From Candidatus Heimdallarchaeum endolithica (GTDB taxonomy: Archaea; Asgardarchaeota; Heimdallarchaeia; Heimdallarchaeales; Heimdallarchaeaceae): 64,000 nt of DNA. Shown here piece by piece: positions 1-9,463 of the stretch. The DNA is taken from contig CP084167.1 in NCBI GenBank assembly GCA_021513715.1, positions 1,888,001 through 1,952,000 on the forward strand. Reading direction: 5' to 3'. Made by a program: the position numbers and the translations under genes. Under the pieces are notes generated by a model that had not been told where the DNA came from, did no database searches, and worked only from the letters and a program-made list of their open reading frames with translations. Position 1 is the first letter of the stretch. Each line of letters opens with the position of its first letter.

Positions 1-1
1 A

Positions 2-520
2 ATTATTGCTATCTCTGGACAACATGGTAGCGGTAAAACAACCGCAGCAAAATTGTTAGCAGAAAGTCTTAATTATAAATACCTTTCTGCAGGTTCTATT
101 TTTAGAGAAATGGCAGAAAAAGAAGGTTACACCTTAGAAGAATTTACAGCACTTGCAGAGAAGAATACTTCAATTGATGAATATATAGATAAAAAAACTG
201 TAGAAATTGCAAAATCTGAAAAAGATTTGATTGTTGATGCGCAACTAGCTGGTTGGTTACTTAAGGATATTGCAGATCTTTCAATTTGTATTTCTGCAAG
301 TTTTGATAAAAGAATAGAACGTATTGCAAAAAGAGAGAACAGAACAATTGAAGAGGTTCTTAAAGAAACAAAAACTAGAGAAAAATCAGAAAAAGAGCGA
401 TATGCTTCATTATATTCTTTTGATTTAAGTGATTTAAGTATTTATGATTTAATAATTAATACTGATCGATTAGAAGCACATACAGTTGTAAAGATAATAT
501 TGTCAGCAATAAAAGAATAA
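2..520 (+). CDS. cmk: Cytidylate kinase, archaeal type (5'-partial, starts before window)
   Basis: Frame 2 is open from the window edge: IIAISGQHGSGKTTAAK (P-loop), SAGSIFREMA, IYDLIINT; directly upstream of rpl14e as is usual in archaea. Confidence 0.92.
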   Translation: MIAISGQHGSGKTTAAKLLAESLNYKYLSAGSIFREMAEKEGYTLEEFTALAEKNTSIDEYIDKKTVEIAKSEKDLIVDAQLAGWLLKDIADLSICISASFDKRIERIAKRENRTIEEVLKETKTREKSEKERYASLYSFDLSDLSIYDLIINTDRLEAHTVVKIILSAIKE

Positions 521-633
521 AATAAAATTATTCTATTTTCAATTAAACAAAAATTTTTTCATAGAAATTCATTCATAAAAAATATTCTCAAATTTCAGAA
601 TCTTTTAATATATACTCTTATTGTAGGACTTAA

Positions 634-681
634 CCAAACAATTATCCACTAATTGTTAATTAATTAGTGTGGATTAGTTGG
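634..681 (+). promoter_or_regulatory. Putative 5' leader hairpin of rpl14e
   Basis: ATCCACTAATT (644-654) pairs with AATTAGTGTGGAT (662-674, 2-nt bulge); TATA-like TTTTAATATA at 603-612; SD GAGGTG before ATG 705. Confidence 0.4.
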
Positions 682-704
682 TGACAATTAATCGAGGTGC
701 AAAA

Positions 705-980
705 ATGACAGCAATTCAAATTGGAAGAATAGTTGTAAAAACAGCAGGCCGAGAAGCTGGTAAAAAAGCTATTATTGCAGATTTAATTGATCAGAATTAT
801 GTTTTAATTACTGGTCCTAAAGATTTAACAAAAGTACGAAGAAGAAAAGTAAACGTTGGACACATTGAGTTAACTGATAAACTTGTTTCCATTAAGCGCG
901 GTGCTTCTGATGATGAAATAATAAAAGCGATAGATGAAGCCGGCCTTACTGATTTTATGAAAGAGGAAATTATTCCTTAA
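705..980 (+). CDS. rpl14e: 50S ribosomal protein L14e (eL14)
   Basis: IGRIVVKTAGREAGKK...VLITGPK...RRRKVNVGHIE; SD GAGGTG. Confidence 0.95.
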   Translation: MTAIQIGRIVVKTAGREAGKKAIIADLIDQNYVLITGPKDLTKVRRRKVNVGHIELTDKLVSIKRGASDDEIIKAIDEAGLTDFMKEEIIP

Positions 981-1048
981 TTAAATAAAAATGTATCACT
1001 ACATTTTTATTACTTTATTCTTTTTATTTTTCGCGAACAGTGATTTAT

Positions 1049-3559
1049 ATGACACTAATTTTTGAACCACAAGAGATAGAGCTAATAGACGAAACCATTC
1101 CTACTATAACACTATCTTCTGAAACAACAGACTATCGTTATGGAAAATCACCATTAAATAGATCAATTGAGGAACTTCTCAATTATGGTATTATCAATTT
1201 AGATAAACCACCAAATCCAACAAGTCACGAAGTCGTGAGTTTTGTAAAGAAAATTTTAGAAATTCCTCGAGCTGGACATTCTGGTACTCTTGACCCTGCA
1301 GTTACTGGTGTCTTACCTATTGCCCTAAATAAAGCAACAAGAATTCTGGATACTTTACTTTTAGCAGGAAAGGAATATGTTTCTATAATGCAAGTACATC
1401 AAGACATCCCTCATGATAAAATAAAGGAAGTTATGCTTGAATATGTTGGAGAAATCTTCCAGAGACCCCCAATTAGAGCAAGTGTAAAAAGAGTTCTAAG
1501 AAAACGTAAAATCTATGAATTGAAAATTTTGGAAATAGATGATCGCTTAGTATTATTCAAAATGTCATGCCAAGCAGGAACATATGTACGAAAACTGTGT
1601 TTACATCCAACAACGCAAATTTTAACTAAGAATGGTTCAATATCTATCACAGATTTTTATAAGAATCCAACAATAGTTCTTACTTTTAATGATGGTAAGG
1701 TGGTTGAAAAACCCCCTTCTGCTGTTCAAAAAATCAAGGCACCATCACAATTAATAAAGATAACAATGGAATCTGGTATTAGTTTTATAGCAACACCTGA
1801 TCATGAGATGCTTAAGTCCACTTTAGATGGATATGTTATGACTGAAGTTAAAGACTTAAAAAAGGGAGACTATTTAGTAAAAAGTTTGAATTATCATCTA
1901 CCAAATAAGAAACTGATAATAGCGGATTTGCTGGACGATGAGTTCTTAATTGACCAACAAAAACTTAAGGAAAAATGCAAAGAGGCTTTTATTCAAAAAT
2001 ATGGCAGTATAAGAGCTATGAGTGAGGCTTTAAGAATTGATAGAAAAGTGTTTTACTCTGATTCTAGAATCGCAATTAAAATTAAACATCTAAAATTGGC
2101 AGGAATATATGATAAAGTCAAAAAAAACATTCATCGCTTCAAATTCACAAAAGGCATGACTGTAGATTTGAAGAATCTTAATGACGAGTTCTTTTATTTA
2201 TTGGGTTTAATAGCTTCGGATGGAAATAATACAAAGGAAAAAGGTACTGTCCGCTATACGAGGATTATGTTTCACAATAAAGAAAAAGCACTAATTGACA
2301 AATTCATTGAAATTTGTGAGAGACTATTTCCTAATGTACATTATACAGTGAAAAAACATGAAAATGATATTTGGGGTGTTGTTACCTCAAATTCTTTAAT
2401 GGCGTCCATAGCAGCTTCATTAGGGATAAAAAGTCCCAAAAAACATTCAGATTTTTCACCTTTGCTTTATATTGAACCGATACTTCTAAAAGCATACTTG
2501 AAAGGTTATTTTGATGGAGATGGTTCAGCTTATTATAAGAAGTATCCTAATCACATTAAAACACGAATATCCTTGTTTACATTTAGTGAAAAAGAAGCAG
2601 TAGTTCTTCATAAAATCCTCCTCAAATTGAGTATTGAAAATAGAATCTTCTCAAGGACACGAACCAAAAAAGGAAAAGTAGAAGTTTATTATGAAGTATC
2701 TATAGAGATAATTGGAGCTCAACATAAATTCATTAAAGAAATTGGTTCAAATCATCCTAATAAAATGAGAATACTGGAGAAAATAAGATCAATTGAACAA
2801 GAACATGAATATGGAAACAACTATCATGTGGGATTGCATTTTAATAAAATGTTATCTGAAAATAAGACTGAGCTAAAAAGAATAATGGGAGGAAATTTAA
2901 GCAGACTATTGGGAAAAAACATACCTGTCACTAGAAGATTTTACAAACGAGCTTCTTCTTTCGTGAATCTACCTTCACTTGATGATTTCATTATCGAAAA
3001 AATAGAGAAAATAGAAACTGTCGACAGCTGTGATTATGTTTATGATATGACAGTGCCAAACACACACAATTTCCTTATTGAAACTGGATATGTGTCTTCA
3101 AACTGTCACGACATAGGTCAATCTTTAGGTTGTGGAGCCCATATGAAAGAACTGCGAAGAATAAGAACGGGACCATTTACAGAGGAAACTTTCTTGTCCA
3201 CTTTACATGACCTTTATGACGCTTTTATGTGGTATAAAGAAGAAAAAGATGAAATCCCACTGAGAAATATTATTTTGCCTATGGAGTTTGCAGTAAAACA
3301 TTTACCAAAAATTTATGTTAAAGACAATGCAGTAGACACTATATGTCACGGAGCACCTGTTGCTTTACCTGCAATTTCCAAAATAACTACAAATTTCAAG
3401 GAAGGAGATACAGTAGCAATTCACACGCTAAAAAACGAATTAGTAGCTTTAGGAGATGCTCAAATAGATGCAACTAAACTAGAAAAAATGGATTCTGGCC
3501 TTATTGTTAAAACAAAAAGAGTTCTAATGCCAACAGGCACATACCCCAAATCAAATTAA
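1049..3559 (+). CDS. cbf5: H/ACA RNA-guided pseudouridine synthase Cbf5 (TruB family) containing an intein
   Basis: INLDKP..PTSHEV, GHSGTLDP catalytic motif, GTYVRKL/CHDIG motif split by an insert, C-terminal PUA domain. Confidence 0.95.
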   Translation: MTLIFEPQEIELIDETIPTITLSSETTDYRYGKSPLNRSIEELLNYGIINLDKPPNPTSHEVVSFVKKILEIPRAGHSGTLDPAVTGVLPIALNKATRILDTLLLAGKEYVSIMQVHQDIPHDKIKEVMLEYVGEIFQRPPIRASVKRVLRKRKIYELKILEIDDRLVLFKMSCQAGTYVRKLCLHPTTQILTKNGSISITDFYKNPTIVLTFNDGKVVEKPPSAVQKIKAPSQLIKITMESGISFIATPDHEMLKSTLDGYVMTEVKDLKKGDYLVKSLNYHLPNKKLIIADLLDDEFLIDQQKLKEKCKEAFIQKYGSIRAMSEALRIDRKVFYSDSRIAIKIKHLKLAGIYDKVKKNIHRFKFTKGMTVDLKNLNDEFFYLLGLIASDGNNTKEKGTVRYTRIMFHNKEKALIDKFIEICERLFPNVHYTVKKHENDIWGVVTSNSLMASIAASLGIKSPKKHSDFSPLLYIEPILLKAYLKGYFDGDGSAYYKKYPNHIKTRISLFTFSEKEAVVLHKILLKLSIENRIFSRTRTKKGKVEVYYEVSIEIIGAQHKFIKEIGSNHPNKMRILEKIRSIEQEHEYGNNYHVGLHFNKMLSENKTELKRIMGGNLSRLLGKNIPVTRRFYKRASSFVNLPSLDDFIIEKIEKIETVDSCDYVYDMTVPNTHNFLIETGYVSSNCHDIGQSLGCGAHMKELRRIRTGPFTEETFLSTLHDLYDAFMWYKEEKDEIPLRNIILPMEFAVKHLPKIYVKDNAVDTICHGAPVALPAISKITTNFKEGDTVAIHTLKNELVALGDAQIDATKLEKMDSGLIVKTKRVLMPTGTYPKSN
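1598..3103 (+). mobile_element. Intein (502 aa) with LAGLIDADG homing endonuclease in Cbf5
   Basis: Starts CLHPTT, block B ATPDHEML, LAGLIDADG-type motifs LLGLIASDG and YLKGYFDGDG, ends VYDMTVPNTHNF...VSSN followed by Cys+1. Confidence 0.93.
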
Positions 3560-3568
3560 AAGATAGGA

Positions 3569-4183
3569 TTACTTATTAATTTTTGAAAGAATTATATTTT
3601 TGAATATTTTATATGAAATATCAAAAGTATGAAAAGGCCATAATCTATCTTCTGTTATTACTATTCTTTCACTTAATGCAATGGCATTTCCGATCCCAAG
3701 GACAATTTCTCTTTCATCTCTACTTACAAAATTATCCCAAACTGCTAAATCTTTATCTTCTTTTGTTTTTTCGCGATATTTACCTGAAACTTGAAATCGA
3801 TCAGGATTTTTCACCCGTAAGAATCGTGTTTTTTGGCTTGCATGAAAACCTAAAACTGTTACATTTTCCTTTCCAAACCTTTTTTTTGTGTATTCGATTT
3901 CAGATGGAGATTTAACTCCATTTAAAACCAAAGCACTAGAATCACAATAAATATTCTCTTCAGCATCAAGAATTGTTCTAGCAAAAGCTACAGGGTCTTT
4001 TGATAAAAGATCTTTTATTACCATTGTGGTATTTTGATGATTAACCTCTAGTTTTCTTCTCTTAAGTTCATGGTAAACAGCATGTCCTGTTTCAACCATT
4101 GGTATATTTTCCTCTTCACGAAGCCTGTGTCCGTGTGATGACTTACCGCTTAGTTGAAATCCTACTAAAATAAATACCTTCAT
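3569..4183 (-). CDS. P-loop NMP-kinase-like protein (archaeal UPF0200/dephospho-CoA-kinase-like)
   Basis: VGFQLSGKS P-loop, NGVKS..E, RDEREIVLGIGNAIALSE. Confidence 0.7.
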   Translation of the reverse strand: MKVFILVGFQLSGKSSHGHRLREEENIPMVETGHAVYHELKRRKLEVNHQNTTMVIKDLLSKDPVAFARTILDAEENIYCDSSALVLNGVKSPSEIEYTKKRFGKENVTVLGFHASQKTRFLRVKNPDRFQVSGKYREKTKEDKDLAVWDNFVSRDEREIVLGIGNAIALSERIVITEDRLWPFHTFDISYKIFKNIILSKINK

Positions 4184-4444
4184 CTTTTACAATGTAGGGA
4201 TTGAAGTTCAATCAAAAGTTTTTCGGAAATCAACTTTATTTTTGGGCATCTTTTTGTCTGTAAGCCAATGTTGCTCTTTTAAAAATTCAGATAATAAGAA
4301 TTATTCGCTCATTAAACATATGAGAAGGTTGAAACCTCAACTATGAAGAAATGTTTTATAATTAGATTTTACATTTTTAGTTGAGCAATAATCATAATGT
4401 TTAAATTATGAATTACAAGAATAAAAATAATCTCTATAGAGTTT

Positions 4445-4554
4445 GCCAGGATACTCAAGCGGTAAGAGGTATGCCTGGAGAGTATTAAATCAAGGTTTAC
4501 CCATTAAGCATATGCCTTTATGGCTCCGGGGTTCAAATCCCCGTCCTGGCTCCA
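4445..4554 (+). tRNA. tRNA-Ser(GGA) with 26-nt intron (4481-4506) at 37/38; CCA encoded
   Basis: Acceptor GCCAGGA/TCCTGGC, anticodon stem TATGC/GCATA, long variable arm, T arm CGGGG-TTCAAAT-CCCCG, relaxed BHB. Confidence 0.9.
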
Positions 4555-4562
4555 TTTTAAAG

Positions 4563-4589
4563 AAGAGACATACTCTAGATGTCTTTTTT
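4563..4589 (+). terminator. Hairpin plus T-run after tRNA-Ser, between convergent genes
   Basis: AGACAT...ATGTCT followed by a T-run. Confidence 0.4.
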
Positions 4590-4594
4590 AGATA

Positions 4595-5317
4595 TTATAT
4601 AACAAACTTAAACGATTTCTGATAGGATCTAAGAATATCTATTGTCTCAATAGTTGTCGACTTCGCCACAATTTCTGGTAATTGGCTAGTTATCCAATTT
4701 AAAGTATCATCAAGATTTTTTCTCATTTCAGGATCAGTTTTTTTGAATATATCTACAAGGGCATCAAAATCTACTTTTTCAGAGGAAGAGATAACATATA
4801 TCCACTGCTTTAATGTATCTACTCTTTGAGATGGATAAATGAAACTTAAAGAATTATCGTTTTTAGAATAGCTCACTAGTCCTTTGATTTTTACAGGCAT
4901 TAAAGAAATAAATTTCGAACCTAAGAGAGATCTGAAAAGAATACTAAGAATCTGCTCTCTTGATGGAATGCGTAGGCGAGTAGAAACAAATTCATAATTA
5001 ATTAAAGTTGTTGCAAAGTAAAAATACTGATTATTTTGATTAATACTCAAAGCACAGAAATCATCTAGTTTGTTATGCAAATCGCCTAATTCTACTTGAA
5101 ACTTAACGCTAACGAAGTCAATATCATCAGTAACAACCTTCTTCAAAAAATTATCTAGTTCTCCTTCAATAATTAGATCATCACATGAAGCAGTAAAACG
5201 ACGGTCAAAGATTCTTCTTATTACAACCTTTTCACCTTCAAGTGCATCATATATTCGTTCTAAAGTAGAATTAGACAACTTTTTTTGATTCATACGTATC
5301 ATTATTGTTTTTACCAT
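4595..5317 (-). CDS. Hypothetical protein (240 aa), probably co-transcribed with polB1
   Basis: Starts 13 nt after the polB stop with a GGTGA SD; no motif recognised. Confidence 0.75.
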   Translation of the reverse strand: MVKTIMIRMNQKKLSNSTLERIYDALEGEKVVIRRIFDRRFTASCDDLIIEGELDNFLKKVVTDDIDFVSVKFQVELGDLHNKLDDFCALSINQNNQYFYFATTLINYEFVSTRLRIPSREQILSILFRSLLGSKFISLMPVKIKGLVSYSKNDNSLSFIYPSQRVDTLKQWIYVISSSEKVDFDALVDIFKKTDPEMRKNLDDTLNWITSQLPEIVAKSTTIETIDILRSYQKSFKFVI

Positions 5318-5330
5318 ATCATTTCACCAT

Positions 5331-8300
5331 TTAGCTAAAGAACGTATCCAAACTTTTTATTCCCTCAACTTCTTTCCATGAGATTCCAAGTGTATCCAAT
5401 AGTTGTCCAAATGTTGATTGTACTAACTCTTTCATTTTTTTCACATCTACATCAGATTTAGTAGCAAGTTCTATAGGTTTGACAGAACACTCATCACTTA
5501 AACTAATCTTATCATTTAGTAGACCGGGAGGAACTTTTATCTTAAAGGGTTTTGTTTTAACGAATGTTATAGTTGAGCCTACGGCTATATCACTATTAGG
5601 ATTTTTAATTAATAACTGTATTGCTGCTTGTAATGGCTGTGTCCAACTCTCATAATCTTTTAATCTTTTGGAGAGAGTAACTGAAATAGCTAGATCTTCA
5701 AGCTTAAACGTTCTTTCGTCGAGCCTCCTCATTGTTCGTTGAACAATACTGATTATTTTCTCTTTTGCAGTCTCCAATTCTGCAGGAGATTTAACATCTG
5801 AAAGAATTTTCAAAACTCTATCAAAAGCACGTTTGATCAGATTAGGAGTATTCTTTTTCTTACCCATCAGACCTTTTACAATTGGTGTCCCTTTTGTTGT
5901 TATCCCAAAGTAGTTTTTCTTTCTATCGGAAAGGCAACAATACCTAAAAACATAGTCAATTCCTAATTCAATTTGAAAGTTTTCTAAGCTCCACTGTTTT
6001 AGTTCCTCAATATCACTTTGCTTTGGTTGATAAACAAATATACTATCTGTATCACCATACAACACAGGAATACCTAAATCTTTTTCACAGTGTTCTTTTG
6101 TTTTTGAAATTGCTTCTCTAGCTAAAGCAGTAGTTGATTCAGCAACAGGAGGACAATATAAAGCAAAGTTATCGGAACCTAAAACACCATATGAATTATG
6201 AACAACTATACCAGTGTCGCTCACAAACCAACCGTTTGACGTTTGAATGTCGTATACTGGTTCATTTGAAGAAGCACTTATATGCTTAATTTTAGTAGGA
6301 GTAGTCCCATTATAAGATAAGCCTTGCTTTTTGTTTTTGTATGGCTCACAAGGAAGTTCTACAATATGATATGTGGTCTCAATTATCTTATCATTTTCAA
6401 TGCGTTCATCTCGATAAATATTTACATTTTTTCCAGTTGCATTTGCAATCATAACAAGATCAGTTGCAAATTGTTTGTTTACAGTTGTACATCGAATTTT
6501 ATTACTATCTATGCATCCTTCATCATTTCTGAAATATTCATCAATGAAAATCTTGGCTCTATGTTTATCTAACAACTGAAGTGGAATTCTCCTGATGTTT
6601 ATGTAATTTCCACAAAGTTGCTCTAAAATCCTTGACCAAACTTTAGAGTTTATCACAAATCCTTTTTCACTAACAGTATAATTCAGATTCAGACGAGATA
6701 AAATTTTATTAACCCTTTCCCAATTTTCAGAACTTTTTTCTTGTAATTGAGAAATGAATGTAAAACTTTTCTTAACACTACCTACTGCAATAACCCAAGC
6801 AATTAACCGAATAAAATCATCATCAATGGATATTTTAGCATTGTACCAGATATTCTCATCAACCCCGATTGTAACTTTTAGCTCTTCTGAAAGCTCTTTT
6901 CTTATGGTATCTCTCTCAGATTCTGTGAGTTCATTCCATTTTGCTTTATACATTTTTAATGTTTCATTGTAAGTAAAGCATTCATTATCAACATTTATAC
7001 TAGCTTTTTTAACTACTTGATTGGATTGTTTAAAGTATTTTTCATAATTATCTCTTGAAAGTCCTATATACAGTTCTTGATCCGAAACTAAATCTGGAAT
7101 AAAGAGTGTTTTAGGAGGGTTTTCAGTTAATGGAATATTTTGAACAACAAAAACTTCATCATCAATTTTCAGTTCTCCTGCATACTTTTCACCTACTTGG
7201 AAATTTGAGAGTAATACAGGAATTTTATGGTTGGCTGTTAGTCTAATAGTTCTCCCATCTTCAAGCGTAATTTTTATCAAATCAGAAGGTGGCTTTTCCC
7301 AGTAACCTTCTATATCCACGAATATAGGAGAACCAAATGTATCATCTTTTTCTCTAGAAATGGACAATATTTGAAAATCTTGCCAACTATCTGCAAGTTT
7401 ACCAATTGAAAGTTTAGTCACTAATTTTGTTTTTTTATTTCTCACAATAACTTCAGAATCATAGGGAAGGCAAGCATTTATAAGAACTTTCAGTGAAGAT
7501 TGCATCACATTACTTAAAACACGTAATGCTTTATCGACAGTTTGATCCTTTGCTTTTTTCTTAAACCAGTAAACTCTAATATCTCGGATAAAGCCAATCA
7601 ACATGGACATTATTCCAACTTTTTTTGTACATACCCAGTGATTTGTTTCCGGTATTTTGTTGTTTTCTTTACATTCTTTATGGTTACATCTAATAGTTTC
7701 ATAAGAAAGATTACGTGTCTTGATTATTGAAGGGTAAAGACTGGCATAATCCAGAACATAAACGTCCCACCAGACTCCAGCTTTGGGTTGAATAACAATA
7801 GCTCCCTGGTATTTCTTTCCTTTTATAATCGCCTCAGTAGATACCTCTCCTTTTGCTCTTAGTATGTCTTCTGGCAAAGGAATGAGGTAGTTCCTTTTTC
7901 TGTGTTCATAATAAAACCAATTTTGTATCCAAATACTTACACTTGAACGGATAAAATCATCGATAGGCATCTTTGTCATTCTTGAAAGCATAAAGATAAG
8001 TTCCATCACTTGATTTTGACTAAAAGTAGTAAGTTCAAGAGTTATTACTGCATCCTGAGCGTTATATTCTATGAGTTCTTCTAAACTCAGATCCCAAATA
8101 TCTTTTTCATGTTCGACCTTATGTTTACCCAGGAGAGTTGAACCTAACTCATCTAAAGTTACTCGGTCATATTTCGCTCCAAAAGCATAAATTCTCATTG
8201 ATGCTTGTCTGAAAAAACGATAAAGATCAAGATGCAATCCATATTCAAGATAAGTATCATTTTGAGTTGAAGTTGTAGTTATAATCGGATTTTTGATGTT

Positions 8301-9341
8301 ATTTATGCCCAAGTTTTTTGCACGTTTGTTTAAGTAAGGTAAGTCAAAATTATCTCCATTAAAAGTTATAATTATAGGATATTTATTTATTTTCTTAAAA
8401 ACAGCTTCAATCAATTCTTTTTCATTTTCAAATTCAATAACTTTTATTTTCTCATCTTTTTTCTGAATAGGCGTTTTTTCTTCATTTAATATAAATATTG
8501 ACACATCACTACTTGTGTCTGCAAAGCCCACGGAGATAATTTTATCATTAGCTACCTTGGGATCAGGAATACGCCCTTTATCACTTTGTACTTCAATATC
8601 AAGAGAACAACGGGGAATATCAGGAATTGGTGAAAAAAAAGTGGGAAAATAAGATAAAACTAATTCATGTATTTCACTAGGTTGACTAGAGAAAATTTTT
8701 GTTATTTCATCCTTAATGGAAGGATCGATTTCTGGTTCTACTTGAATTATTTTTCCGTCCTTAATTTCATATAGCAATCCCGGAACAAGTAAATTATCGT
8801 AGATATAATTAAGGTGGTAACGGATATTAGCTTCATAGGAGGGGCTGATAAATTCTCTGAAACTATTTGATTTTCCACCTATGGCTAGAGGATTAGTTCC
8901 ATAAACTTTTGTAAGAGAAATAGAACTATCAGTTAACAAATTGTACTTTTCTATAGTTTCACAGCCAACGAATTCCTTATTACCTTGTAGGATACTTTCT
9001 ACTTCACTAATTGTTTTTGTAGTCAACAAATAGGGTTTATGCCCTGATTTGTCGTAAAAACGGTAAACTTTTCCATCTTCAGGATTATAAAATTTCATGT
9101 AGGCTTGCTCCTTTTCACCATCATAATTTACCGAAATAAGATAAGATGCAGGAAGATCAGAATGGACAACCAAAATATTAGAATTATCATCAAGAAAAGT
9201 GATATTACTATCTGAATCGCTGGAAGACGATTCTTTAACCTTAACCTCTTTGATTTCTGAAGCCTTTGTAAGAGAAGAGAATACCTTATTTTTCTCTATA
9301 TTGGGGCGAGACAAAAATTTCTCTAAATTCATTTGACCCAT
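5331..9341 (-). CDS. polB1: Family B DNA polymerase, PolB1-like, containing an intein
   Basis: Exo motifs LDIEV and FNGDNFDLPY; Pol motifs DYASLYPS, KVLINA/SYG, YGDTDS, KKNY; N-terminal YDG...GHKPY segment typical of PolB1. Confidence 0.92.
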   Translation of the reverse strand: MGQMNLEKFLSRPNIEKNKVFSSLTKASEIKEVKVKESSSSDSDSNITFLDDNSNILVVHSDLPASYLISVNYDGEKEQAYMKFYNPEDGKVYRFYDKSGHKPYLLTTKTISEVESILQGNKEFVGCETIEKYNLLTDSSISLTKVYGTNPLAIGGKSNSFREFISPSYEANIRYHLNYIYDNLLVPGLLYEIKDGKIIQVEPEIDPSIKDEITKIFSSQPSEIHELVLSYFPTFFSPIPDIPRCSLDIEVQSDKGRIPDPKVANDKIISVGFADTSSDVSIFILNEEKTPIQKKDEKIKVIEFENEKELIEAVFKKINKYPIIITFNGDNFDLPYLNKRAKNLGINNIKNPIITTTSTQNDTYLEYGLHLDLYRFFRQASMRIYAFGAKYDRVTLDELGSTLLGKHKVEHEKDIWDLSLEELIEYNAQDAVITLELTTFSQNQVMELIFMLSRMTKMPIDDFIRSSVSIWIQNWFYYEHRKRNYLIPLPEDILRAKGEVSTEAIIKGKKYQGAIVIQPKAGVWWDVYVLDYASLYPSIIKTRNLSYETIRCNHKECKENNKIPETNHWVCTKKVGIMSMLIGFIRDIRVYWFKKKAKDQTVDKALRVLSNVMQSSLKVLINACLPYDSEVIVRNKKTKLVTKLSIGKLADSWQDFQILSISREKDDTFGSPIFVDIEGYWEKPPSDLIKITLEDGRTIRLTANHKIPVLLSNFQVGEKYAGELKIDDEVFVVQNIPLTENPPKTLFIPDLVSDQELYIGLSRDNYEKYFKQSNQVVKKASINVDNECFTYNETLKMYKAKWNELTESERDTIRKELSEELKVTIGVDENIWYNAKISIDDDFIRLIAWVIAVGSVKKSFTFISQLQEKSSENWERVNKILSRLNLNYTVSEKGFVINSKVWSRILEQLCGNYINIRRIPLQLLDKHRAKIFIDEYFRNDEGCIDSNKIRCTTVNKQFATDLVMIANATGKNVNIYRDERIENDKIIETTYHIVELPCEPYKNKKQGLSYNGTTPTKIKHISASSNEPVYDIQTSNGWFVSDTGIVVHNSYGVLGSDNFALYCPPVAESTTALAREAISKTKEHCEKDLGIPVLYGDTDSIFVYQPKQSDIEELKQWSLENFQIELGIDYVFRYCCLSDRKKNYFGITTKGTPIVKGLMGKKKNTPNLIKRAFDRVLKILSDVKSPAELETAKEKIISIVQRTMRRLDERTFKLEDLAISVTLSKRLKDYESWTQPLQAAIQLLIKNPNSDIAVGSTITFVKTKPFKIKVPPGLLNDKISLSDECSVKPIELATKSDVDVKKMKELVQSTFGQLLDTLGISWKEVEGIKSLDTFFS
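6195..7472 (-). mobile_element. Intein (426 aa) in PolB1 motif B with a degenerate LAGLIDADG domain
   Basis: Starts CLPYDS, block B LTANHKI, ends VYDIQT...IVVHN followed by Ser+1; endonuclease motifs read LIAWVIAVG and IDEYFRNDEG. Confidence 0.92.
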
Positions 9342-9463
9342 AGTATCAAAACTAAATTCAATTTACAATATATTAAAGTTAGTGTGTTTAAGAGGAATCT
9401 AATTAAGAAAAAAAATAGATTTTAAACAAATAAAAGCAAATTAAAAATAAAAAAGGGGAAAGG

